A stretch of 57,537 bases of DNA from Candidatus Bathyarchaeota archaeon (lineage in GTDB: Archaea > Thermoproteota > Bathyarchaeia > Bathyarchaeales > Bathyarchaeaceae), in NCBI GenBank assembly GCA_020348945.1, contig CP070759.1, forward strand, positions 1,407,637 through 1,465,173. The letters are read 5' to 3'. The number at the start of each line of letters is the position of its first letter. Position 1 is the first letter of the stretch. The translations under genes and the position numbers were made by a program. Shown here in pieces: positions 28,845 to 38,511 of the stretch. The notes under the pieces are model-generated. The model was not told the origin of the DNA. It did not search any database and saw only the letters and a list, made by a program, of their open reading frames with translations.

Positions 28845-29579
28845 TTATTTTCTTCTTTTTCGTTTGCGACCAGCACTTCTCGCCGCAATTAAACCTACTT
28901 TCCTGCCAGGTGGAGCGTGCCGCGAAACTGTGGTGACCTTTCGTGCACCTCTCTTACTGCTACCGTATGGATGCGCAGCCGCCACCATGGCTATACCTCG
29001 TGTTCTCGGGTACATGTGACCCTTTGCCTTCATCAAGTGAAACTTGGCTCCAGCTTTCAGAAACGGTTTGTCAACACGACCAGCCCCAGAGATGATGCCA
29101 ACTGTTGCTCGGCAGAGGTCATGTATGTACCGAGTTTTTTTTGAGGGAAGCTTTACCATTGTTCCTTCAGGTGTATGCCCCACCACGGTTGCGTATGAAC
29201 CGGATGAACGAACCATCTTTCCTCCGTCGCCAGGAGACAATTCAATGTTGCATATCATTGTTCCTTCAGGAATGCTGCCTAAAGGAAGTACGTTGCCAAT
29301 GTCTACAGAAGCTTTGCTTCCCATTTGCGTGGGCTGTCCCTCGTAAACTCCTTCTGGAACCACTGCGTGGTAGGTTTCACCTGTTTCAAGTTTCACTGAG
29401 GCTAGAGGTGAGCCTCTTCCAGACTCGTGAACGATATTCATAATTTGACCGTGAACAACTCCGTCCCGCTCTTCTTGGGACATGGAAGGGTACTGAACAG
29501 GAGCTATTCGCTTGTGGGTTGACGATCGAAAAGTGGATGAACCTCTGCCACGCCTCTGAACGCGTATTCGTTTGCCCAC
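28845..29579 (-). CDS. rpl2: 50S ribosomal protein L2
   Basis: (V)GKRIRVQRRGRGSSTF...GRKVGLIAARSAGRK. GTG at 29579 is preceded by AGGAGG 9 nt upstream. The ORF-track ATG at 29606 would add 9 non-family residues. Confidence 0.95.
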   Translation of the reverse strand: MGKRIRVQRRGRGSSTFRSSTHKRIAPVQYPSMSQEERDGVVHGQIMNIVHESGRGSPLASVKLETGETYHAVVPEGVYEGQPTQMGSKASVDIGNVLPLGSIPEGTMICNIELSPGDGGKMVRSSGSYATVVGHTPEGTMVKLPSKKTRYIHDLCRATVGIISGAGRVDKPFLKAGAKFHLMKAKGHMYPRTRGIAMVAAAHPYGSSKRGARKVTTVSRHAPPGRKVGLIAARSAGRKRKRRK

Positions 29580-29740
29580 GATGCTGTGCCTCCTAACGAT
29601 GATCATGTGTTAACAAGGATTTAAATGCTACAGAGAAACCCTCTTTTAAATACTTTTAGCTCAACAGAACACACAAGCAAACCTTCACATTTAATCGATA
29701 GCCCAAACATGGCAACACAACAATACTTTGCACACGTAGT

Positions 29741-30379
29741 TTATTCTTCTTTGTCTGCTTCACGACGGAAGCGTGGCAGTAATCGTCTAGTTCGCTTCAT
29801 GTAAGCACGGTACTCGTGGCCAAACTGGTCTAGCATCATTTGCTCTTCCTTGGGAATCCGCACAACCATAAGGATGATTGTGAGGAGGTAATTAATGAGC
29901 AGGAATAGGTTAGCAGAAACCAACACCCAAGTAAGGAAATACACTAGGTGAACAGTGTACATGGGATGCCGAACCCAACGATAGGGGTCACTTGTCACAA
30001 GCTTATGGTCTTCTCGGAGTTCTAAGGAAACGGTCCAGTGTTTGCCGAGAACATGCTGAACCCATGTGAGAAAAGGCAGAGATATCATTCCCACGCCAAC
30101 ACCAAGCCACCGTAACCAGTCGGGTATGGGGAGTTTGGACCAGACCAGCCAAGACGAAAAGATTAGGTAAAGATGTAAGGCGATAATCAAATAGACACCT
30201 TGAACCATTAATAAAATGGCGCCGAACTTCCCTTCCACTTGTGCTGTATCTTTGAATCGTTCCCGAATTGAGCGTTTCTTGCGTGTGGCTCGAACCTTGC
30301 GGGTGTAATAACCTCTAATTGCAGTCCCTAAGAGAAAGAGAACGAGGAATAAAATGCTGAAGACGAGTTCGCTATCCAT
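29741..30379 (-). CDS. ICMT/PEMT-family membrane methyltransferase
   Basis: 212 aa, polytopic. LVTSDPYRWVRHPMYTVHLVYFL matches the GPYR-x-VRHPMY family motif. Confidence 0.75.
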   Translation of the reverse strand: MDSELVFSILFLVLFLLGTAIRGYYTRKVRATRKKRSIRERFKDTAQVEGKFGAILLMVQGVYLIIALHLYLIFSSWLVWSKLPIPDWLRWLGVGVGMISLPFLTWVQHVLGKHWTVSLELREDHKLVTSDPYRWVRHPMYTVHLVYFLTWVLVSANLFLLINYLLTIILMVVRIPKEEQMMLDQFGHEYRAYMKRTRRLLPRFRREADKEE

Positions 30380-30699
30380 GACTCTTCACCTTAAAGGGCG
30401 CCTAATCAAATCTAAAGGCACAAGATTAAGTTCTCCTAAATTCCGTGAATAAGAACTTTTGCAAGTGTCCACTTTACCAATTGGCACCAGCAATTTTGTT
30501 TCACGTGATGTCGTGAAGGAAATCAGAGGATTCTCTCTCAAAATATCGGGGTTTTGGATTTTCAATCGAAGATGCTCACAAGTTTCACCATGGCAAATGT
30601 CGCCTCAATTTTGCGTGCACATCATAGGTATTAGATGTTCAGATTTCAAATTCAGAAGCGTCAAATATTGGAGGAATCTATGATTGAAATGATAGCAAG

Positions 30700-31953
30700 A
30701 TGCCCAAATTACCTATTATAAACCCCCTACGGCAGAGGTTGAAACGTGCTATTCCATCGGATATTTTGAAGGCTGGTCCAGTTCTTAACCTTAAGGAAGG
30801 GGAGATAGTCATTGTGACGTACACGTCAGCCGCGGACAAGATGAAAGTCTTCTCAGCGTTTGTACGTGAGGGCCTTGAAAATGGCGATGCAGTATATTAT
30901 ACTTGCCCAGACAAGGAAATGGAAATCGTTAGGGCTAAACTCAAGGAACACGGAATTGATGCGAAAAAATATGAAAAAGATGACACTCTGCACATGAACA
31001 GCCTAACCGAACACTTCATGTCTAATGATAAGCTTCACATTGAAAATGCAGTGCAGAGTGTGTTGGATTATTGGAATTACGCCAAAAGGAAAGGATACAA
31101 ACATATAAGGACTATTGAAGATGTTGGTGACTTCTCCTTTCTTAAGGGTCAATGGCAAAAATACGTTGCGGACTATTGGTACCACCCTAAATGGAGCGAC
31201 CCGGTTCGATTTCCTGAATGGGTAAAGACTACAGAACCAGTGGGAGTAGTCTATGTCCCTCTTCTCATGGAAATTACCGCTATTAACGTAGAAGGCATGG
31301 GAGAAACACAGATTGCTGACCTCCTGAAAGCCTTCGGTAAAGGAACAGCCCCTGCAGCAAGGTTTATCGATCTCATTGAGGAAACTAGTTCGTTTTCACG
31401 ATCAATGAACTTGAATCATGAACAGTTGATTGGACGCAAAATTCTGTTGGAATTTGACCCTGTCTCCGACTACGAGAAGACTGTAGACTGCTTAGCCAAG
31501 GAGAGCATGGCTAATGTTGAACCAATTTTCGTTTTCACCTCCAAGACAAGCAGTATCCACTCGCGTCTAACTGAAGAGTCAGCAATCAAGTTCTTCTTAT
31601 CATCAGTTTCAACGTCCATTCCGAAATCAACCTCCGAAAACACGGTGTTCCTACCAGCTAACAATGTGTCTCTAGTCCTAGATGCCATAAACAAGGTGCT
31701 GGAAACTTCTGGTGATGCTAACATCTGTTTCGTGTTCGACATTCTCTCAGAAATGTTAACGTCGGCGGGCCGAGAAAAAACTTACCTCTTCCTTAATCAC
31801 GCGTTGAACATGCTTGCCTCAGGAAAGGTGACTGCTCTGTTTCTGCTCAATCCAAGCGCTCATGAGTCTCAAGTGGTTTCTTCCTTGAGAAGACTATTTA
31901 GCAACCAACTGGTCTACGGAAAAAATGGATTAGAAGCAACAAAAACCTCTTAA
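30700..31953 (+). CDS. two-domain MEDS-like / KaiC(RecA)-like protein lacking any Walker A motif
   Basis: The aa ~30-185 layout (GEIVIVTYTSAADKMKVFSAFVREGLENGDAVYYTCPDKEMEIVRAKLKEHGIDAKKYEKDDTLHMNSL...KGYKHIRTIEDVGDF) resembles MEDS. aa ~235-417 (GRKILLEFDPVSDYEKTV...ICFVFDILSEML...VTALFLLNPSAHE) resembles an inactivated KaiC-type domain. No GxxxxGK[ST] seen. Confidence 0.5.
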   Translation: MPKLPIINPLRQRLKRAIPSDILKAGPVLNLKEGEIVIVTYTSAADKMKVFSAFVREGLENGDAVYYTCPDKEMEIVRAKLKEHGIDAKKYEKDDTLHMNSLTEHFMSNDKLHIENAVQSVLDYWNYAKRKGYKHIRTIEDVGDFSFLKGQWQKYVADYWYHPKWSDPVRFPEWVKTTEPVGVVYVPLLMEITAINVEGMGETQIADLLKAFGKGTAPAARFIDLIEETSSFSRSMNLNHEQLIGRKILLEFDPVSDYEKTVDCLAKESMANVEPIFVFTSKTSSIHSRLTEESAIKFFLSSVSTSIPKSTSENTVFLPANNVSLVLDAINKVLETSGDANICFVFDILSEMLTSAGREKTYLFLNHALNMLASGKVTALFLLNPSAHESQVVSSLRRLFSNQLVYGKNGLEATKTS

Positions 31954-31992
31954 ACTAAATGCATGCGCAAATTGAAGAAAGACGATATGAGA

Positions 31993-33420
31993 TTATTTCT
32001 CCCAAACGTCTAGAGGCGGCTTGTGATCTGGGGGTATTGGTGACTTGTATTTCTTGTTGCCTATTCTACGTCTATGTTCCTTTTTCGCCTTGTTCAATAC
32101 ATCCTTTTTTGTGAGGAGGTCAATAGTTGTGGCAGCCATCACTTTTGCTGCAAATATTAAAGATTTATGTCCAAGTCCAACTCCTCCTTGCGCTACGTCT
32201 TGCCATGAATGTCCAGGTGTACCTAAAACTCCTGATGCAGTGCCGAACTCCACAGTAGGTGTCTGCCAACTAACATCAGCCACATCAGTGCTACCGTGAC
32301 TGGTTTCACCTTCACCCCAAGGGTCAGGAACCTCATCGTCCATCAACTTATCCACAAGCCTCTCCCATCCTGGACGCTTAGACTTCTTTAACTGAGCAAC
32401 CTTCATTTCAGGATCAATTGTCTTAGCAATTTCCTCAGCAAACTTCCAGTCTTCAGCGCTATATTTGGGAAGCCCAATTTCACGCATATTCTTAACAATC
32501 AATTCCGTGATTGTCCTGTTAGGAATGTAATTATAAACTCCCTCGCAAAACTCTACTTTTACCTCAGTTTTGGTCATGATTGCTGCTCCCCTTGAGATAT
32601 CAATGATCCAATTACAAATGAATTCCAATTGATCTCTCTCCGGCGCCCTCACATAATACCAGCTTCTAGCATATGACGGCACAATATTCGGTTGGTTTCC
32701 CCCCTTCTCAATCACATAATGTATTCTTGCATCCTGAATCACATGTTCTCTCAGATAGTTCACACCCATATTCATCAATTCCACTGCATCCAACGCGCTT
32801 CTACCATGCTCAGGAGAACTACCAGCATGAGAAGCTTTACCATAGAAATGAAACTTAACCGAGCTAACAGCCAAACAGCTCTTTAAGACAGCGTAATTCA
32901 TAGAGTTTGGGTGATGACAAATCACCGCATCAACATCACCGAAATACCCGTCTCTAACCATGAACACTTTACCCGAAAAATTCTCCTCAGCTGGGCACCC
33001 AAAGAATTTAATGGCTCCCTTTATTTTGTGTTTTTCCATGGCTTCTTTTGTCGCTATCGCTGCTGCCATGCCACTTGTTCCGTGAATATTGTGTCCACAT
33101 CCATGTCCTGGTTTTCCCGGCTTTAATGGTTCTTTCCTTGGAAGTTTTTTCTGTGACAGCCCGGGCAGTGCATCGTATTCGCCCATTATTCCTATAACTG
33201 GTTTTCCTTCACCCCAAGTGGCTACGAAAGCTGTAGGCATACCTGCAATTCCACGTTCAACCTTAAACCCGTGTTTCTCCAACTCGTCTGCTAGAAGCGA
33301 TGAAGACTTGAACTCAGTTAAGCCAAGTTCAGCGAATTCCCACACCTTATCGCTTATTTCAATAAGCAACTTCTCATTGTTCTCAATCCAATCAAAAGCA
33401 GATTCTTTATCAGCAGACAT
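31993..33420 (-). CDS. M20-family amidohydrolase (AbgB-like)
   Basis: GIMGEYDALPGL, GHGCGHNIHGTSGMAAAIA, FFGCPAEE. 475 aa. Confidence 0.8.
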   Translation of the reverse strand: MSADKESAFDWIENNEKLLIEISDKVWEFAELGLTEFKSSSLLADELEKHGFKVERGIAGMPTAFVATWGEGKPVIGIMGEYDALPGLSQKKLPRKEPLKPGKPGHGCGHNIHGTSGMAAAIATKEAMEKHKIKGAIKFFGCPAEENFSGKVFMVRDGYFGDVDAVICHHPNSMNYAVLKSCLAVSSVKFHFYGKASHAGSSPEHGRSALDAVELMNMGVNYLREHVIQDARIHYVIEKGGNQPNIVPSYARSWYYVRAPERDQLEFICNWIIDISRGAAIMTKTEVKVEFCEGVYNYIPNRTITELIVKNMREIGLPKYSAEDWKFAEEIAKTIDPEMKVAQLKKSKRPGWERLVDKLMDDEVPDPWGEGETSHGSTDVADVSWQTPTVEFGTASGVLGTPGHSWQDVAQGGVGLGHKSLIFAAKVMAATTIDLLTKKDVLNKAKKEHRRRIGNKKYKSPIPPDHKPPLDVWEK

Positions 33421-33577
33421 GAATAGCCCCCAGAATATGCAATAAAAAGCATCAATTATTATGGTTTTCTGAGTATCTATGTTTAGTATTGCAACTTAGT
33501 CTTGTGCGCACATTAGAAACCTAACGTTTTGTTATTGGAAGAGTTCCTTTTTTGTTAGGTGTACCCATTGTCTTGTC

Positions 33578-35056
33578 TCACAAGGTGCTCTTCGGCAATT
33601 CTTTTTCCGCTCTGCTAATTATTTCTGAGATTTCCTTTTGTACATCCTTATCCAGCGGTGTTGGCCAGTGTTCTTTGAGAATTTCTTCCGCTCTTTCTCT
33701 AGCCCGTTTGATCATGCTTTTTCCTCCCGCCTTCTTCCAAGCGTCGTAGCTGTGTCTGTCCGTTAGTTCGGGAAAGAAGAGTGCATCTTTGAAGTGTTTT
33801 AAAGTGTGCTTTTCAGCCAGAAAGTGCCCGCTAGGGCCTACTTTGTTAATTACGTCCACGGCTAACGTTTCGTCGATTACTTCTATTCCCTGAACTGATT
33901 TCAACACAGCCTTACAAATTTCGTCATCAAGTACTAGCTCTTCAAAGGAAGCGGCCATTCCTCCCTCTAAACTGCCTGCTCCATAGACAATATCTGCTCC
34001 TGCTAGAACGGGTAGAAGAGTGCTCATCGCTTTTTCATAGCTTGCTTGGGCTCCAGGCATTTTGGAGGAACTGTTAAATCCGTTGACATTTACGCGAAAT
34101 CCGTAGTATCTGGCGATTTCAACTGCAGCAGCACATAGAAGCCCTTCCTCTGGGCCTTGTCCCCACAAACCAGTCTTCATGTCCAAGTTTCCCATCAGAT
34201 AACTAACGCTCGTACTTGTGCTCGGAGATGCAAGTTGGACAGTGCAGACGCCGCTTAAAACCTCAGCGTTTGTTATGACAAGGGAGCCAGCTAAAGTTAC
34301 GGGTGCCGTGGCTCCACCTAGAGGCATGCTTTCAACCACGCAGGGAAAACCAAGCTTAGCAAGTTTTAAGGTAATTTCGACGTATCTTCCCTCAAACTTA
34401 AGTGGTGATTCTGTGCAAAAGCCGCCTCCTCCTAATGGTCGGTTCTTCAATTTTTTCTCGCTTCCAGCAGCCGCTGTGGCTATCTCAAGTTGATAGTCAG
34501 TGAGTTGCATTGCTAGTTCAGGTGGGTAAACAGACCAACCGCAAGGCTTCTCGGTGTTATTTAAAGCAGCAGCGTAATCGTACAAGCAACGAACATTGTT
34601 TGGCTTATCTAAAGCGCTGGTGAGGTGGCCGCCTGCTGCGTAGGATTCAAGTGCATCTGTAACTCGCGTTAACTTTTCCACGTCGTCTAGGGTTGAAGGT
34701 CTCCATTCTCCTGTTGAAAGGTCAATCGTGTTGGGTGTTTCGGTGTCGGTAGTGAAGTAAATATGTCTTCCATCTAGTTTATAGTCGTATTTCGGGTTTC
34801 TTCCATAACTGACAAGCGTTTTTGGAATTTTCTTCAACGCTTCTTCAACAACATAAGATGGAAACAAAACTACGCCTTTTTCGAAATCCACGGTGCACCC
34901 GTTGTCTTGCAGCATCTTCAAAATTCTTTCGCCATGATGAATTCTAATACCGGTTTTTTCTAGGACTTCGAGGGAAGCCAAATGAATCGAGTCAAGTGCA
35001 TCTTGAGTGAAAACGCGAAACGACGGCGTTAAACCATGTTTTTCAAAACCCACCAT
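33578..35056 (-). CDS. MttB-superfamily methyltransferase without in-frame amber codon (non-Pyl type)
   Basis: 492-aa continuous ORF. Family-like N-terminus (LDSIHLASLEVLEKTGIRIHH...MLQDNGCTVD) and full family length. Confidence 0.8.
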   Translation of the reverse strand: MVGFEKHGLTPSFRVFTQDALDSIHLASLEVLEKTGIRIHHGERILKMLQDNGCTVDFEKGVVLFPSYVVEEALKKIPKTLVSYGRNPKYDYKLDGRHIYFTTDTETPNTIDLSTGEWRPSTLDDVEKLTRVTDALESYAAGGHLTSALDKPNNVRCLYDYAAALNNTEKPCGWSVYPPELAMQLTDYQLEIATAAAGSEKKLKNRPLGGGGFCTESPLKFEGRYVEITLKLAKLGFPCVVESMPLGGATAPVTLAGSLVITNAEVLSGVCTVQLASPSTSTSVSYLMGNLDMKTGLWGQGPEEGLLCAAAVEIARYYGFRVNVNGFNSSSKMPGAQASYEKAMSTLLPVLAGADIVYGAGSLEGGMAASFEELVLDDEICKAVLKSVQGIEVIDETLAVDVINKVGPSGHFLAEKHTLKHFKDALFFPELTDRHSYDAWKKAGGKSMIKRARERAEEILKEHWPTPLDKDVQKEISEIISRAEKELPKSTL

Positions 35057-35275
35057 TCCTCATCACTTCATAGCCAACAATGTTTCAGCGATATTTATCA
35101 TTTTTGCGCGCTTACAATTACTCTTGCAAACTTTGTCTTCATGCGACAATCTGTTAGCACCTCTGTTTGAAACGTTTACTTAGAGAAATTCTTGGCGGCA
35201 AAATCACCTTTTTCTTATTCAAACGTTATTTTAATGTTTCTCTCTTAGTAAGATATGAAAAATTGAGCTCTTTCT

Positions 35276-36169
35276 TTATTTTGTTATCAGCCATGTTCCA
35301 ATAACTATAAGAATTATCGACAAAGCCTTTATCAGTATAGCTCTTTTTCCCATTTCTTCTTTCAAAATTCTCGGCACAAATAAGCTAAGTAGAAGAATAA
35401 TCACAAAGACAAAGAATGGCTCCAAGGATGATGCGGCAGAAACCAAAGACACTGGCCCGCTTGAGATTGCAATGTAATATAAAACTGTTCCAATAAGGCT
35501 CATAGATGTGTTCACAATTCTCCAGAATAGAGCGGTTCTATTCACTCTTTTAATGTCGCTTAGGAAAATGCCTCTTATCTTAGGAACACAAAACAGTGAA
35601 AGCCCTACTATTGAGGTTCCTACAAAATTCCAGAAGAGATATGAGACGTAGTCTATAGCGTTAAGAACATATTTTGTTAAGATTTCGTATCCTGCAAATA
35701 TAAGGCCTGATGCTAAGATGAGTCCCAATGCGGGAGATATTACAGGCTTCTTTCCTTTTTCTTTTCTATAAGAAATGATCATCGCGCCAAGAACCAACGA
35801 TAATACACCTAAATAGCTTGGTAAATTCAGTTTTTCCCCCAGAAACACGTAAGCTAACAGAAGAACAAAGATCGAACTTGTGTACCACAGCGAAATCACT
35901 CTGGAAGTTTCTTCTATCGCCATGGCTTTAAAGTAAAGGATAATCCCCGGGTAGATGCCAAGGCCACCAACAATGCCCAGCAGGGACCAAGGGAGCGCAG
36001 AGGAGATTGACGTGAATAATAGGAGCAACATAACTGGCGACTCTGTTATCGTGTAGAGCAGTTGATAAGTGAAAGGGTCTTGCATGTGCTTCGTTAAGAT
36101 ATACTTGTCTATCACAACACCAACAGCCCAGAATATGGTAGCGACAAAAGCAAAGATGAACCAATCCAT
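35276..36169 (-). CDS. EamA/DMT-family transporter
   Basis: 297 aa, ~10 TM segments in two halves, typical EamA repeat architecture. Confidence 0.75.
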   Translation of the reverse strand: MDWFIFAFVATIFWAVGVVIDKYILTKHMQDPFTYQLLYTITESPVMLLLLFTSISSALPWSLLGIVGGLGIYPGIILYFKAMAIEETSRVISLWYTSSIFVLLLAYVFLGEKLNLPSYLGVLSLVLGAMIISYRKEKGKKPVISPALGLILASGLIFAGYEILTKYVLNAIDYVSYLFWNFVGTSIVGLSLFCVPKIRGIFLSDIKRVNRTALFWRIVNTSMSLIGTVLYYIAISSGPVSLVSAASSLEPFFVFVIILLLSLFVPRILKEEMGKRAILIKALSIILIVIGTWLITK

Positions 36170-36351
36170 GAAACATTCCTCTTTTCAGAAGGCTTTGTAT
36201 TCATCATTCTCCTATAAAAAGGCGTACCTCAAGAAACTTAGATGACAAAGCTTGTTATTGGATAAACAGTGAAATAGATAAGATTTTTACAAATGCAAAT
36301 TGAAACAATATATCTTAATTTTCTTTCAACCCGCAGAGTTTCGTCTTCCCA

Positions 36352-36612
36352 TTATAGGATGCCGAGTTTGATCGCCACGTCCACCGCCTTGTAGTCGGGG
36401 TGAAGCTTCACAAAAGCCTTTTTCTCCCCTTTAGGTGTAATTGTAACGTTCACTTTTTCCACAGCTACCTCATAGAGTTCTTCTACCGCCCGTTTTATGT
36501 CGGCCTTATTAGCCGCCGTGTTAACAACAAAAACCAGCTTGTTCTCAGATTCAAGAATACGACTCGTAACCTCAGTCATAACCGGATACAACACCACTTC
36601 GTAAGGGTCCAC
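36352..36612 (-). CDS. rpl23: 50S ribosomal protein L23
   Basis: LVFVVNTAANKADIKRAVEELYEVAVEKVNV. 86 aa. 2-nt gap to rpl4. Confidence 0.9.
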   Translation of the reverse strand: MDPYEVVLYPVMTEVTSRILESENKLVFVVNTAANKADIKRAVEELYEVAVEKVNVTITPKGEKKAFVKLHPDYKAVDVAIKLGIL

Positions 36613-36614
36613 GT

Positions 36615-37397
36615 CTATCCTTCTCCAAACAACTCGTTCAGTTTTTCAACAGCCGAACTCGTCCAAACCGCGAGTCTCCCCGGATGAGTTCCTGGCGCCA
36701 AAAGCTCAACGTTTAGGTTGTTCACCTTGACGATGTCTACCCCCGGAAGGTTGCGAGCTGCCTCCACAACCCCCGCATTTTCGGTAATCACGAGTAAGGG
36801 TCCAACAGCTTGTTTCATTTTTCGGCCACGCCTCTTGCCCTTCCCAGCACGAACCTTCCGACTCTCCTTAGCACGATACACGTCTGGCCACACGCCGAGC
36901 TGAATAAAAGCCTTCTCCACCTCGCGAGTTTTCTTTAAACCCTGAATTTCGTCCACGACCACCAGCGGAAAATCTCGAACATCGTCGATTATATGGCCTC
37001 TAGAAGACACAATTTCTTTAGATGCAGTTGCTGCCACCGCCGAGCGTAAGGCCAGTTTCATTTCCTTCCGAGGAATCTTTTTCTCGATTTTCTTCTCCAC
37101 TACTGGTGGATGAGTGGCTCGACCGCCCACGGCGAAGGGGATGAAAGCGCCTCGTTGTCCTCCTCCTTTGATTCTTGAGATCCGTGCGATTCCATGTCCA
37201 GTTCCCATAGACTCTGCGGTTGTTCGTTTGCCAGCTAAAACGTCTCGGCCCTGCGGTTGGAAGCGGTGAGATTGGATGGTGACCACGGCTCGCTTGATAA
37301 CGTCGGGTCTAACAGGAGTTTTGAAAACGGCGGGTAGGGGAAGTTTGCCTGTGGATTTTCCTTCAAGATCAAATATTTTAGATGAAATTTTGCCCAC
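36615..37397 (-). CDS. rpl4: 50S ribosomal protein L4
   Basis: QPQGRDVLAGKRTTAESMGTGHGIARI and GKGKRRGRK. 260 aa. Confidence 0.95.
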   Translation of the reverse strand: MGKISSKIFDLEGKSTGKLPLPAVFKTPVRPDVIKRAVVTIQSHRFQPQGRDVLAGKRTTAESMGTGHGIARISRIKGGGQRGAFIPFAVGGRATHPPVVEKKIEKKIPRKEMKLALRSAVAATASKEIVSSRGHIIDDVRDFPLVVVDEIQGLKKTREVEKAFIQLGVWPDVYRAKESRKVRAGKGKRRGRKMKQAVGPLLVITENAGVVEAARNLPGVDIVKVNNLNVELLAPGTHPGRLAVWTSSAVEKLNELFGEG

Positions 37398-37407
37398 TTT
37401 TTGTCCC

Positions 37408-38418
37408 TCATTTACCTTGTGGCGACTCGAGTGAGATGTGGGTGATTTTGGGTGGAGCTTCGGAAACTTTTGTAGGTGGACGGGCTGGATACCGCAGTCG
37501 TATGAGCCGTTTAGCTGGGCCTGGCAGACTTCCGTCCACTAAAACATATGTTCCTCGAACTGGACCGTAGCGTAGGAATCCTCCTTTTGGAGAAACTTCG
37601 CTTCCGTCAGCACCTATCTTTAAGATGCGCTTGTTGTACTCGGTTCTCTGATGGTAGCCCATTTGACCCGCTCTAGGAATAGTGTATAAAACTCGTGGAG
37701 GTTTCCACGGACCGATGGCGCCGACACCTCGCTTGGTCTTCCTAGACTTGTGAGGCAGAATCTTGATGCCCCAGCGTTTCACCGGGCCCTGAAAGCCCTT
37801 TCCCTTGGTCACGGAAACCACATCCACGAACTGTCCTTCCTTAAAAATGTCAGTGACCGAAACTGTTTTTCCCAGCAGTTTCTTTGCATGCTTGAACTGT
37901 TCCTCAATCGTTCCTCCGTCAATCTTAATCTCCATCAAATCCATCTTTTTCTTTGGAACTCCAGCTAATCTGGGCTGCGTGGCGACAATGAGGCGAAACT
38001 CTGCTATTTTGTCAAGGTTTTCTTCCATTTTCTTAAAGCTTTGATCAGGATCTGGATTTTTGGGTGGCGTGAGAGTGCGGTTAAGGTCTTTTGGCGGTTT
38101 CTTCATCCACGCTTCGGTGAAGGTGCGCAAGCCGTACTGGTTTTTTATGTATGCTCGGATGGCGCACATTAGGATGGGTGGGGCGTCTAGAATGGTGGCT
38201 GGATGAACGGTTTCTTTGCCGAGATTGGGTGATCCCGGTTTGTCCTCTACTATGAAAATATGAGTCATACCTGCTTTATATCCCATGAATCCTAGAAGGG
38301 TTGGTCCTTCTTCTACGCTGGGCCAAAAGCGTATTCTGCCAACTTCACTGGCAGCACGACCTCTAGGTAAATAAGCTAAGGAACCATGTCTAGGAGCGTG
38401 TTTCTTCCGGTGACCCAT
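37408..38418 (-). CDS. rpl3: 50S ribosomal protein L3
   Basis: MGHRKKHAPRHGSLAYLPR and KGKGFQGPVKRWG. 336 aa. Confidence 0.95.
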   Translation of the reverse strand: MGHRKKHAPRHGSLAYLPRGRAASEVGRIRFWPSVEEGPTLLGFMGYKAGMTHIFIVEDKPGSPNLGKETVHPATILDAPPILMCAIRAYIKNQYGLRTFTEAWMKKPPKDLNRTLTPPKNPDPDQSFKKMEENLDKIAEFRLIVATQPRLAGVPKKKMDLMEIKIDGGTIEEQFKHAKKLLGKTVSVTDIFKEGQFVDVVSVTKGKGFQGPVKRWGIKILPHKSRKTKRGVGAIGPWKPPRVLYTIPRAGQMGYHQRTEYNKRILKIGADGSEVSPKGGFLRYGPVRGTYVLVDGSLPGPAKRLIRLRYPARPPTKVSEAPPKITHISLESPQGK

Positions 38419-38511
38419 CGTCGTGTCCTTCTTTTTTTATTTCCGTACCCAGCATCGCCTTTGTTTCAATGAACGTTGAGTTATAAATGTTGCGAAATCA
38501 ACACAACCGCC

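Noticed and set aside
33578-35056. Possible pyrrolysine (in-frame TAG) recoding in the MttB homologue
   Set aside because: The ORF is uninterrupted over its full family length of 492 aa, so no read-through is needed.
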